A stretch of DNA of 59,768 nucleotides, the filler included. It is 4 parts of 4 records of this genome, joined end to end, with 100 filler letters (N's around TTAATTAATTAA, not from the genome) between each part and the next. Parts side by side here need not be neighbours in the genome. Positions count along the whole stretch, not along the records: positions 1 to 25,853 come from SRR20825019_2167; positions 25,954 to 38,111 come from SRR20825019_2172; 2 more parts are not named here. One strand, written 5' to 3'. Positions 22,726 to 34,785 of this stretch are shown here, one piece after another. The notes below the pieces were generated by a model. It was not told where the DNA came from, did no database searches, and saw only the letters and a list, made by a program, of their open reading frames with translations. Made by a program: the position numbers and the translations under genes. The first letter of the stretch is position 1. The number at the start of each line of letters is the position of its first letter.

Positions 22726-24415
22726 ATGGACCAGTCCGAAGACACGCCAGCAGAGCCGTTGGAGGTTCCTCAGTCACCGGCAGGCACAGGTCAGGGCGCG
22801 CAAAGGAACTGGATATGATACTGACCATGCTTTCTCACCAGACGGCAACCATTCGGACGATGAGGAGGTTGGTGACATTTCAGGAGGTGGTATCGGCTGG
22901 AACTAATAACAGGGGATCATTTTCAGGTGGATCCAAGGATCTATGCCAGCTATCTGATTCAACAGGTGGAAGATGCCCGGGAACAGGATATGCCGGCACG
23001 GAGCATCTTATCCCAGCTGGGCATGGAAGTGGCTGAGGAGTTTGATGACCTGGAACTCGAAGACCAGTGGGCTTTTGTCAAGCAGGTGTTGGGCCAGATT
23101 GTAAGAGAGATTTTGTCCCCTGCAAGAAAGAAACTGGAGGGTATCGATACGATTGACCATGCTTTGGAGCTAATACAGAAATCAAACAATATACTTGTTT
23201 TGACTGGAGCGGGCATATCTGTTTCTGGTATGTCATGGCGATGCTTCCGCCCTGCTTGATCTTGCTCACGTTCGCTAACGTTGTTCGATCAGTCGGTATT
23301 CCAGACTTCCGGAGTGAGAATGGCATATATTCCATGCTCGGAGAATATTCCCTTCCAAATCCTCAGGCCATGTTCGAGATCAATTTCTTCAAACAGAATC
23401 CAGTTCCTTTCTTCAAGTTTGCAAAGGTAACGAGATTATCACTGACGGGGCAGCTGACTAATACCCAAATTCAGGAAATCTTTCCTGGCACCAGGTACCA
23501 ACCTTCGCCGTGCCATCGCTTCATCAAGGCGATTGAGGACCAGGGCAAGCTGCTTCGCAACTATACACAGAACATCGATACACTGGAGGTTGTGGCAGGA
23601 ATTGAGAATGTCATTCAATGTCATGGCTCATTTTCGACGGCTCGTTGCACGAGCTGCAGGTGTGTGCCCGGAGACGGAGGACGGGTGTTGTGAAGGATGA
23701 TCAACTAACGATCGCGTGGCAGACGGCAGGTCCCCGGCGAGAGCATTAAGGAGGACATTATGAATCAGGTGATCCCCAAGTGCGGTGAATGCGGGGATGA
23801 GAATGGAGTGATGAAGCCGGACATTGTGTTCTTTGGTGAGGCGATGCCCACAGCATTCGACAACGCTATCAGAGAGGACCGGGAGAAGGTGGGTTGGGAC
23901 TGGCTCCGTGTCAGTGGCATGATGATACTTACGCAGGCGCAGGTGGATCTTGTGCTGGTGATGGGCAGTTCCTTAAAGGTAGCGCCCGTGGCTGACATCG
24001 TGCGGATGGTGCCAGCCGGCGTGCCTGTTGTTTTGATCAATAGAGAGGTTGTCGGGAAGCCGAACAACTTTGATGTCGAGCTCTTGGGTAACTGTGATGA
24101 TATCACACGACGTAAGCACTCGAATCGATGAATCGCGGCACTGAGTTTGACTTTCATGTAGATTTGTGGTCTGCCCTTGGCTGGCCGGGTGCAGCTAGTG
24201 GCCCTCCGGTGTGGACCGAAGTCGCAACATTCTGCCCACCGAATAGATACCTATTCGAAGGATCCATTCCTTCCGCTGCAGTGTACCGCTCCATCGTTGG
24301 CAACAATAGTGGCGAAGTCGAAAAGCCTGATGGTGGTGAGCGATGCGCCTCGCCTGATCGGCAGCCTTCGACTGCGAATGAAAATATTGGCGCGGAGACC
24401 CAGTCACAGTTGTAG
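22726..24415 (+). CDS. NAD-dependent deacetylase, class I sirtuin (SIRT1/Sir2-like); multi-exon
   Basis: VLTGAGISVS|VGIPDFRS, LLRNYTQNIDTLE, IQCHGSF, CTSC...CGEC zinc module, MKPDIVFFGE, VMGSSLKVAPV, LINRE, LLGNCD. Confidence 0.92.
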
Positions 24416-24577
24416 TTGATGCAAGGACAATCCTGTAACCGGCATCAAGTGAGTGTGCGGCCGACATGGCGCGGAGCATGATCGGTGGGCGCGAATCGAT
24501 AAAACCACTTTACTGCGATTGAAGGATGCGTCCTTGACTAGCCGTGGAGTGCTGCCCATCCACTACCCTCGTTATAC

Positions 24578-25650
24578 CTACACCAGAGGGACAGAGATGC
24601 GTTTGACCTCCCTGAACAAAAGAATTAGCTTGCGTTAAGAACCACACACATATGCACGCACCGCACGGTCAGATTCGAAAACACTTCGTTAGGATCCGCG
24701 TAAGGAGCCTGGGGATTCTCAGGGTGCTTCCTCGCGTAGTCCTCCCAAGGGTCCTCACGGACCTGCCATTCCCTCAGCACCCCTTTCTTGCCGATCTCGT
24801 AGTAAACCCGCGTGTCCACAACCCTTAGCAGGACGTGGTCTACACGCAAGAAGAACCGCACTAGAACCAGGAAACAAGAGGGCATCACCCGCTAGAGAAA
24901 TGTTAGGACTCATCATGGGGATGTGGTGGGACTCTCACAATGCGGATACTGTAAGAGGCGTGACCATGGTCATGGAGTTCATCTTCAAACAGATCAAGCT
25001 CGCGATAGAACAAGATTGGATCCGGCCTCTGCAAGCATTGATGTATGAGATAAGATATGGCCGGCCACGTGTGCGATACTCAGCACCTGCAGGAGGGCCA
25101 CATTAATGGTCTCATCCGTTTCATGAGGTGTGCCTGCGCTTCCTTCTTCCAGAACTCCGGGAGACAACACACTGTAAGTCCAGTCATACTCCATTGTTAC
25201 TGCATCCTTGGGCCTGCGATTTCACGTTAACCACAGTGATGATATCAAGCACGGAGACTCATACGTGGTGGCCTTTGATTTCCACTCGCGAGCGCACGAT
25301 ACGTGAAAAGCAGGAGCCTTAGCCTGGGACCATCCCCTGAGCCCGTCCTCCGTGTCGAAACGGAACTTTGTAGACGTTGGCTTATGAAAAAGTTCTAGGA
25401 AGTTGTCTCCAAAGACCATTTCCGGCAATGGACTCTTGGTGCCAAGTTTATCGGAGAGTCTGAATAAGAATACATTAATTCTATAGTTTTGGAGAACCAA
25501 CTGCCTTTCAACCACTCACTCCCCCAGTGCTATTGCGCCGCAAATGGGCATTTTCTGCGTCTTAATCAACCACTGCCCCCACTGACCACCATTTTCAGCA
25601 TTCTCTGTATCAGGCAAAAAGGAGACTGACTCCTCATCAAGCTTAGCCAT
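24578..25650 (-). CDS. TIP41: TIP41/TIPRL family PP2A regulator; multi-exon
   Basis: LPEMVFGDN, YDWTY, FFLRVDHVLLRVVDTRVY and LREW motifs. Confidence 0.9.
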
Positions 25651-25853
25651 ATCCACTGAATATTCAAGAACTTATTACGCAAGTTGTCTAGCTAATCTAA
25701 TTATAACAATATATTGTGGTACGAGGCCGGACGGGCGGCGGAGAGACTTGACGGCGGGGACCTACGATTCTTTCACTGTGCCGGTCGCGCTCGGGGGGGC
25801 GGCGCGGCCTGTGAGGTGCGTAAAGGTGGGGGGCGGGGGGGGGGGGGGGGGGG

Positions 25854-25953
25854 NNNNNNNNNNNNNNNNNNNNNNNNNNNNNNNNNNNNNNNNNNNNTTA
25901 ATTAATTAANNNNNNNNNNNNNNNNNNNNNNNNNNNNNNNNNNNNNNNNNNNN
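25854..25953. other. Artificial contig linker N44-TTAATTAATTAA-N44
   Basis: Six-frame stop linker flanked by Ns; identical in all three copies. Confidence 0.98.
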
Positions 25954-26254
25954 AAAAAAAAGAAAAAAAAAAAAAAAAAGAAAGAAGAGAAAAGACGAAA
26001 TTGGAAAAGCTGAACCCAAAGAGAGTGAAAAGAGAAGCACGAAGGAGACGAAACTGTGCCACGCGGGCAATGGAATATACTCCACTTTCGTTAGCAGGAG
26101 GTCTGTAAACGGCAAAGAAAAAAGTGCGAGATCTTTCCAACTCATCCTGTCTTAAACTGGCCTGCTTAGTAAGCTTTCACATGTTTCCAACAAAACTCCA
26201 AAAGCTAAAGCGGGACATGAGGACACAACAATATTATTTTCTCCTCGTCTGCCC

Positions 26255-26495
26255 CTACTGGGACTTGGCAGCGTTGATGCGTCGCAGAGTCTCCTCCTTC
26301 ACCCATCGCTGATAGGCGTCGTGCTGGGCCTGCGGCTTACCGTTAAAACCCAAGCTAACCTCTGAAAACTTAAAAAAAAGAGGTAATCTTTACCTGGTTG
26401 AGCAGATTCTCCTGGCGGGAACGAATGCGGGAGTCAACCACATAAAAACCGACGCCGGCGGCACCTACGCAGATGGCAAACTGATAGAACCTCAT
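26255..26495 (-). CDS. 58-aa single-TM microprotein, possibly PET117-like; one intron
   Basis: MRFYQFAICVGAAGVGFYVVDSRIRSRQENLLNQ|AQHDAYQRWVKEETLRRINAAKSQ*; GT...TTAAC...CAG intron spliced in frame. Confidence 0.55.
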
Positions 26496-27275
26496 GTTGA
26501 CTGGTTGGAACGCTGAACTCCTGAGATATGCGCTTGCGTGATATTCATGTACGAGGCCGGCACAGGAGCGAGCCGGGCCGGCGTCCCGAACGGCGGTGGG
26601 CACCAGCCCGGCTCAACCGCGGACCGGCCGCCCGACCACCGGGCGCGACCGAAGTGGGACGCGGCGGGCAAGGCGCTTGCGCCGGGTCACCACCGGCCGT
26701 CTGCGAGGCCACCGGCAGGCAGCGCCCAGCCGCCGGGCTGACTCTCGCGGCCCCGTCAGGGTCGTAGGTACGACGCCAGGCCGCGAGTGCTGGCCGGCCA
26801 TTGCCACCCACCGATTCCTGACTCACCGGCGTGAGCCGGAGCCGGCACCGGCTCAGGGAACAATGAATTCCTTGATCAGATGGCAAGCCCGCTCGGTCAG
26901 GCCATCCGATCGTCAGCCGAGCCCCGGCGCGTCCACTGACCGGGTGCGCCGGGCGTCCTCCGCGCCGGTGACCGGCCCCCGGCCGGCGGGCTTGGCCGGC
27001 CGCTCCGCCGGGCCGGCCGATGATCATGATATGAATCGCCGACCTCGGCGGTGACTCCTCAGGCGCCGGCGCAGGGCTGACGGGCCGGCCGGGAAGACCT
27101 GAAGCCATCAGTCCGGTCACCCTCGCATGGAGATGATGTGTCGGCGGCGGTCCCGGCAAGGTGGCGTCCGGTCACCGAAGGGGCCCTACGCTGTCACGAC
27201 TAGGCAGGCTGCAGAAAACCTCCAAACCACAAATATACTCAACGTAAACGTACTAGTTAACTGCACTCTCCCCCG

Positions 27276-28094
27276 ATGTTCAGCTCGCTGATCGCTCGCT
27301 TGTCATCCCAGCGTTGTGCTGCCTCACTTCGCTGCATACACACAACTCCTCTCCGCATGGTACTTGTACCGCCTCTAGGTATCCGTAGTGACGGGCTCTG
27401 ACTCCATTTCTCAGGGAAGGGAACTTTTAATTACTGATCCATGCCACGTCACAAGCGCGGAATCGTTCCACACGATGCTGTTCAACAGGTGTGAACCCAA
27501 ACCTACACCTTATGCACTCCTAAGCTGCTTATCTCGGCATTGACAGACATGTTCCTCTATGTGTTCGTGTGTACGCGAGCGATAAACTTTACGAGGCAAT
27601 TCAGGAAGGGCTCCACATGGAGGCTGTAAACGATGCCCAATATATATTTTCAGTGCGGGATGAGCATGTGAAGGATCAGTTCATCAAGGTGGGGTCACAC
27701 CTTACCGACTCGGGTAAGTCGATTGCTACCGAAAGCCATAGATGCCTTAACCAGGGTGGTGCTTGTCGTAGGCATGACAAGTATTGTGGACCCCTCCATA
27801 TTCACTGGCGACGACGCCAAAAAGTACAAAGTGAGCTGGCAGAAGTTTGTTGACAGTGTTGTAAAAGACGATGAGAGTCGGTAGGTCTAGCTAGCGTAGT
27901 GCATCATTGCGTCTAGGCCAACCTGTTCTTGCAGACAGAATCCCGACTTCCATTATATGTTCTTCGCGCCGGTGGGAGGTGATGTCGGGTGCACTGTGTA
28001 CGCCAAGTTCAATGATGATAGGGAAGCAATAGCGTTGATGATCTCGAGTGGCATCGACGAAACAGACTCGGTTTGTGTGACATCGAACTGGTAA
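27276..28094 (+). CDS. Mitochondrion-targeted DUF4241-like protein; introns 27360-27414, 27489-27546, 27714-27771, 27881-27934
   Basis: Presequence MFSSLIARLSSQRCAASLRCIHTTPLRM; motifs LLITDPC, TDSG|MTSIVDP and GGDVGCTVYAKFNDDREAIALMI. Confidence 0.6.
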
Positions 28095-28375
28095 TGAAGT
28101 ATGAGTGGCCGGGGCTGGCACACTGGGCATGCTGTCTGCACCGCCATGGCTTCACTGGCGGCGAGCCTCGCGCTGATTCGCCAAGGCGTCAGGCAGGGTC
28201 GTACCGGGGCCCCAGCGACGATGGCGAATTATGGAGAAATGAATCCAGTGGCGCCACCGGTCAGATGTGGAACGCAACCGTTCATAAACCGACCGGAATT
28301 GACAGGGGTTGCAACAACTATTTATGTCTCTATTCTCGAGTGGGCGCCGCTATATTCAGAGCACTCCGGTGTCAA

Positions 28376-31300
28376 CTAGTACATCATCTTGAGGTTAAGT
28401 GCACTGGCAAACTCCCGCGCCTGCTCATCAATCCATTGCTGCGGGTTGATCTTGGAAACCTTTGATCGTCCGATCTTACCTGCCTGCTTTTCTAGGGTCT
28501 TATTCGCAGGCTTAAACTTGAGGAACTTGTCGTTGGCAGGTTTCTTGAGGGTCGGCTTCGTGAATGCCTCAGTATATTCGTATGTGCGCTGCCGATCAAC
28601 AAGCCGCACAAACAGGGACATATTGTTCTTGCTCTTGAGTTTCTTCTTGTCGAAAGCAGCAGAAACAACCTCTGCACCAGAACCTTTCGTCAGTACCAAT
28701 TCACACCACTCCCTAGTCCACACTCACGTGGTATGCTGCCATATTGCAGCCCATCCTTGATGTAATCCTGGTTGACTGCGCCGTCAAAGAGAGGGATCTG
28801 ATATGATCCTGCCAAGACGTGGCCTCCATTGGAGAACACAGGCAGCACTCCCCACCCGACAGACTTCGTCGCCGCGCCTTTCGACTTGTTCTTTTTCTTC
28901 TTGCCGCCATCTTCATCGTCAGAATCATCTGAGGTTGAGTCGTTGGAGTCAGCCATCGTCCGCACGTCAAAGATCGCGCAGCTCTCGGACTTGACATTTG
29001 GATGGAACTTCCAGAATCCATCCAGCCACCTTGGAGCCTTGACATCTGCCTTCAGGTCATTCAGCTGCGTAAAGCGAACGTCGTCGGTGAGGTTCTCCTT
29101 GCTGTAGAAATTGTTTGGGGGCACAATGGAGACCACCGTCCATAGAAGCTGCTGTGGCGTGTTCTGCGCTCCATCCACAGCAATCTAAAGTAAAGACGGG
29201 TTAAAACCAATATGAGCACCACACATTCACCATTTGCATACCTGCAGTCCCGCCTCCCGATCATACTTAATCATGTAGTTGAAATTCATCCACGGTACTT
29301 CACCATCAGTTTTCATCTTGGACTTGATGAACTTCTGCAGCTGATCCTTTGGCAGGCCAGCGAGCTTGCCAGATTTGTCCATTCCAGCAAGGACATCCCG
29401 CACAGCCTGGTCACGCGTATTCTGCAGCCGAGAGTACATTTGCTTCTCCACCTGTGTAGGATGGCACCGACTTGTATCATAAATTCGGGTCTGGTATTCT
29501 GGGCGATCCACCTGTGCCTGCCGACCTTCACCGTATTTCTCTATTCGGATCAGCAGCGACGCTACACCAACGTTATCACAGGGATCGAGGGCATCAGATT
29601 TCAAGTTGATCTTTGGATTTGGCGTCCCGCGCTTAAGAGGAATCTGGAAGGCGCCCGAATTCAAGCAGTATTCGTCACTGGACGATGCTGCATCTGTCGT
29701 GCCCTCCTTGACAAAAAGATTGATGATGGCGAATCCAACGAGAACTACGCGCCGTTCATACATATCCAAGCCATTCACCTGTACCAAGGCACAGAGAGAG
29801 GGGTCGTCCAACCGCCCGCGGAAGCCCTTCCGCATCTCATACACGGGACTCATTGTGAAGTGGTCCGAATCACACTCCTTCTCCTCCATGGCTCCCACAA
29901 GGGTCCACCGTGCATCATAGATGGATACTGCACACGTGATAAAGGCAAGTTAGAGATCCTGCTCATCAAATGACTGATCTACACAGGAGTTCACTTACAC
30001 TGCACGGAGGATAGGATGATATTTTCTGGCAAGAAGCGTGCCCCATCTATATAGAAGTTAACTGACTCGTCTACGCCCAACTTATCATCCGGTGCCTCGG
30101 CCTTCTTGGAATAGAACAGCTGCAAAAAATTCAGTCAGAGCATCGATCTGCCACCACTTATGAATGTACTCACATCTTCAGGTACGCCTTCGACAGAATC
30201 AGCCGCTGCTTCGCGTGGATCAGTCTTTCTCTTCTCCCTCTCCGCCTTGATAATCGCCTCTTGTGGGTCATATATTGTGATACCAAGGCTCATTTTCTTG
30301 TTCCATGCCGAGGTCTTGCGGGGTTTCTCCGGAAGCGTGATGTAGGGACCCTTCCAAAGGGGCTTGAGTGTGGTTGTCATTGGCCGGATCTTACCCCCGT
30401 TTTCAAGACCCTTCAGCTGCGTGTAGAACCACGCTTGCATCGAGAAGTTTCCGTCCGCCTGCTCTTCCATCACTTCCACGGTAAGGTATGACGGGTCATT
30501 CGACTCTGGCTGGAACTTGAACGTTGCCTTCTCATTCCATGTCAGCACACTGATGGGACCGCGGCCAGAGGTTCCAGGCCTCGTTGTGTACTCCATCGGC
30601 GAGCCATCGGCATCAGACACAACGCCATTTCCATGGAAAAGTCGCAGTTTCAGGACCAGTGGCTTATCTGTAGTCACATCCTTCGCCTTGGATATGGACA
30701 CGCCTACGGTGTCCTGGCTCGAGCTCATTTTCTTCGGGGCTTTGTCCTTGCTCGGGGGTGCTTCCTTCTTCTTCGAGGGACCAGCATCCTCTATTGTCAT
30801 AGGTGCATTGTCTATCGGCTGCCGTGGCCGCACCGGGATCGCAGCGGCGCCACCATATTCTTGAGGTATCTTGTACTCTCCCTTAGTGTAAGTGGGGTCA
30901 ATCTTCATTTGCTGATGGCTGGCCACATTGTCAGCATGCACGAGTCGCAGAAACAGCTCCATGCTGGGCAGTCTTCCCATGTCCTCCATCTCGCCCATAG
31001 CTTTCGAGGGATTCACGGGAGGCCGGAAGGTGGGCAGTCGCCACAAACCCGACTTCAATTTTCGATCCTGAGAGAATAAGTCCAGCAATGCCCACCCCAG
31101 TGCCTGCATCTTCGGTCCTTGTGAAGGGCCCTGAGCGGGGGTAACGACCTCTTGAATCACGCATATAACCTTCAAGTTTGGAATCGCTGCAACCTTGGTG
31201 AACCTCCTCTCCTGCGACAGCACTACCAAGCTATGGGAAGGATCCTCGTCTTCCGTTTCACAAATGTCAAGCGCCTTCACCGGAGTCTTGGCCTCAGCCT

Positions 31301-33559
31301 TAAAGAAGAACTGGTACACCAGACAGCACTCTTTGACTCGCTTTGGGAGCCCAATGACGTAGTCGAAAAACAAAGCAAAGCCCGTCTGGGGCTTATAGAC
31401 TCCGTCGTTCGCCGTGATAGAGGTGACACCCCCTTCCTTCCCAAGAAGCTGCCTCACCCTCGCATCCTGCAGCCTCCTTTGCTGTTCAGTCTGCCACAAC
31501 TCATTGTCTAATTTCTTCTGCTCGAGCAACCTTTCCCTATCGAGGTCCTGCTTGAGCTTCTCCAAGCGAGATAGCTGTTTAAACTTCTGAATCTCGAACC
31601 GCATTTTGGTCATCTCTCTCACGTGTTCCATATGCAGTTGCTGTACTGCAGTCAGTGTCCCAAGATCAGCAACAAGCACACAGCATATTTCCTCACCTGA
31701 AGCTCCTCATCATCCTCGAGACCCGACATGTCAAAGTTCATCGTCTCCATGATCTCCTCTTCCTCTTCCCTCAATCGCGCCTCTTCCCGCTCTGCGTCAC
31801 CACCAAGATGCTTTTGAACAAGGTTCATAGCCTTCTTCAGCTGCTTCTGCTGCTCGTCGAACTGGTGCTTCACCTTAGTTCCACTAGCCGACTCTTCAAT
31901 TTCAGTCTGTAGTCGCTCATTATCCTCTGCAAGCTTGGCCAATATCTCATTGCTATGCTGAAGTTGTCGTTGCATCATTGCAAGAGCGGGGTTGGCATAT
32001 GGGTCCGGCGGCACCGGAGGTGGGACGGCGGCCATATTGTGCCTGGCGTCCCTCTCCAGCTCGTCCAAAGACGTAAGTATGACGGGGTCCCGACCTCCGC
32101 CACTGATATATTCCTCCCGAAGCCTCCTCACCTCCTCCAAAGAACCCGACCCCCCTCCCAAAATGGCCTGCGATGTTGAGAGACCGGCGGCAGCGTAGTG
32201 CGGCGAACCCATATACTGGCTACCTCCCATCCCTCCGTAACCCGATATCTCAGGAGAGAGTCTCTGACCTGCCCTCGGCGATGGACGCACCATGCGGTCC
32301 GACAGAGGCGGAGTCACCGCGGTCGCGGCAGTGGGCCTCTGAGACCGAATCATATCGATGTCATCTAGACTCTCACGAAGGCCGTTCTGAGACGCATTTC
32401 CCCTTTCAGGAGCAGACCGAATCATGGCGTTGCGAACAGCGTCGTTCTCGAGTTGTTCCTTGCGATACTCTACCAAACCTTCAATGTCATCCTGCATGTC
32501 TTGCCACGCTTTCCCGCTCATTTCTACCTCTTGCTCCACCTCCTGAGCAAACTCAGCGATGTCTTTGTATCCCTCTAGTGTCTTGGGCGGCAACCGCGCA
32601 CCCTCCGGCCGCATTTTCTCCATCTCCTCAAAGAAATGCCGCGCATCCCTCGCCTCCTCATCCAGCATTGCCTTGTGCTCCGCCTTCATTCGCTGCAGCT
32701 TGCTGGTTGCATCTCCATGACTATGCTTGATTCTCTGCAGTACCTGGTCCTGTGGCGTCTCGGCTCGGGTCCGGTGTCCGGTATCTTTCACAAGTTCCTC
32801 CTTCTTCTCAGTGAGGTTCTCTATATGGACACTGTATTCGGCAGCTTTCTTTCCGTGTTTGAATGCCAACATTTGCTGCTCGGAGAGTTTTGCAGCCCGC
32901 TGGAGAACACCCCCACTCTCCTCGGTACTGGCGCCTCCTCGAATCCTCCTCTCAAGAGCGTCGATCTCCCTCATTGCCTCCGCCTCCTGCTCCGCCAGCC
33001 TGGTTCTCTCAGCATCGATATCCGCAAGTTCACTCTGCTTCTGCTTCTCCAACTGCATCAGCATATTCCTGTCTACGCCATCAATCGCACCCAAAGCGCG
33101 TTCCTTGAACACACGGGCCTGCAATTCGTTCATGCGCTTCTGCTCTATTCGTTTAGACATCTCGATCAGTTCCCTCTCTAGGTCAAACTTCTTCTTTGCA
33201 AGAAACTCCTTCTTCTCTGCAATCTCGCCCTTGGCATTGTGGCTATTCACGTCCTTCTTGTTGAGAAGCCCCTTCATCAGTTTGTCGAGCTCTCTTTCCT
33301 CTCTGGCAACGTCCTCCCGTAGGAGGTTCAAGTTGGTGCCGTCCACACTGTCACCTGTAACATCTCCGCCATTCTTGAGGAACAGCATGATCTCATCCGC
33401 CCCAACCGGTATCCCGCCAGCTTTCTTCTTTGAATACCCATCAATGACCTCTGCAGCAGTATCCTTCAACTTTGTTCCGCAAAAGCGTTGCATGTGCTTC
33501 GACAAAAGGCCTTGATCTTTGAACTTCATCACGCAGTTCGGGCACTGAAAGGCCTCCAT
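28376..33559 (-). CDS. CCDC17-like protein (N-terminal zinc finger, long coiled coils, several C2-type domains); multi-exon
   Basis: FQCPNCVMKFKDQGLLSKHMQRFC zinc finger; YKPQTGFALFFDYVIGL; ciliary C2-type motifs LGWALLDLF...GLWRLP, VGFAIINLF...GAFQIPL and VGWGVLPVF...GSYQIPLF. Confidence 0.72.
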
Positions 33560-34785
33560 GGCGACAGACCCGTGCGAGTGCTGCACACCCTCCCTTCCCC
33601 AAGAAAATCTTCAACGACACCCGCCCTGCAGGCACCACTAGTCAGCTTTATAGACGCCGAACTTAGTGATACATATGGCGAGTTGAATGCACTTCTGCTG
33701 GTCTCTCGAAGTGGCGAAGTCTTCAGTGACGACTCACTGCCGTTAACGCAAAGCCGCTGTCCACTCGACCCACCACCATCCAAGCAGCTGCCCCAGTGCT
33801 GTGGAAGCCGACCGTTTGGAGCCCGGACGCGCGCCGGCGGGGCGTGCCCACTCTGTCCGCACTGCCAGGGCCCATTCGGCGTGAGCGCACTGGGGGCGGG
33901 CGCGGGGCGGTGGCGGGCGGGTGCGGCCCATGGTCATGAACAGTGTTGTTGATGGTTTTCGCGGGCCGCCCTGGCTTGCAGTCCAACTTCCCCCAGAGCC
34001 CTGACTTCAAACGTGGGACCCTGAACTGACCTCAGTTCCAATAAACCCCCCTCGATATAAATTATGTACGAAAAAAAGTGGGTAATCCTGGGATAATTTC
34101 TCCTGTTGGTGGCTAACTTCTTTATCAGCCTACGAGGGTGGTACAGTTGCGCCCTTCGCTCCGTTACTGGTGAGACGGTTTGTTCTGCTGGGCCCGGGAG
34201 ACCGACTGCGGAGTCGACGGCGCTGGTGCCTTGTCACGCTACTTGGTGTGGCGCCGCCCCTGTTGTGGCCGCTTCATGAACCGTCTCAATGATCCAGCAT
34301 GCCACGTGACTGCTGACCAGGATACGAGTCCGAGACAACCGGGCGTTGTGAGCGATCATGGCCTTACTAGCTTACTGCGAGTGGACGGATCCGAACCATG
34401 CCCGAGTCCATCATCCCGGCTCCCACAGTGGTCGGCACGGCACCTTTGGTGATGCTTCATTGGCTCTGCTTTGCCGCGCCGGCTTCGGACAAGAGCCAGT
34501 ATGACTGGCCGCTGCGAGTCAGTGGTCGGCATGGCACATGGGCGGTGGCAGCCGTAAGCGGCCCGAGGTCTTTGCTGGTGGTGCGGGCACACCAAAGTTG
34601 CTTTTGTGGAGTGTACTTCCGAGTATAAGAATATGTTCGCAATTTAGCTGTCTACTTATTGGCCACACGAAGGTGGTGCCCAGTCACCTATTATGTGCTT
34701 GTAGGTACACGATTTTCAAGTCATCTTCGATAGTTCATAGTCGAAGCAATTTTCCCTTTTTCTTGCGATAATATAATATTCTAAA

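Noticed and set aside
25898-25909. Palindromic TTAATTAATTAA repeated three times in the window
   Set aside because: Always centred in 44+44 Ns; it is an artificial six-frame-stop linker.
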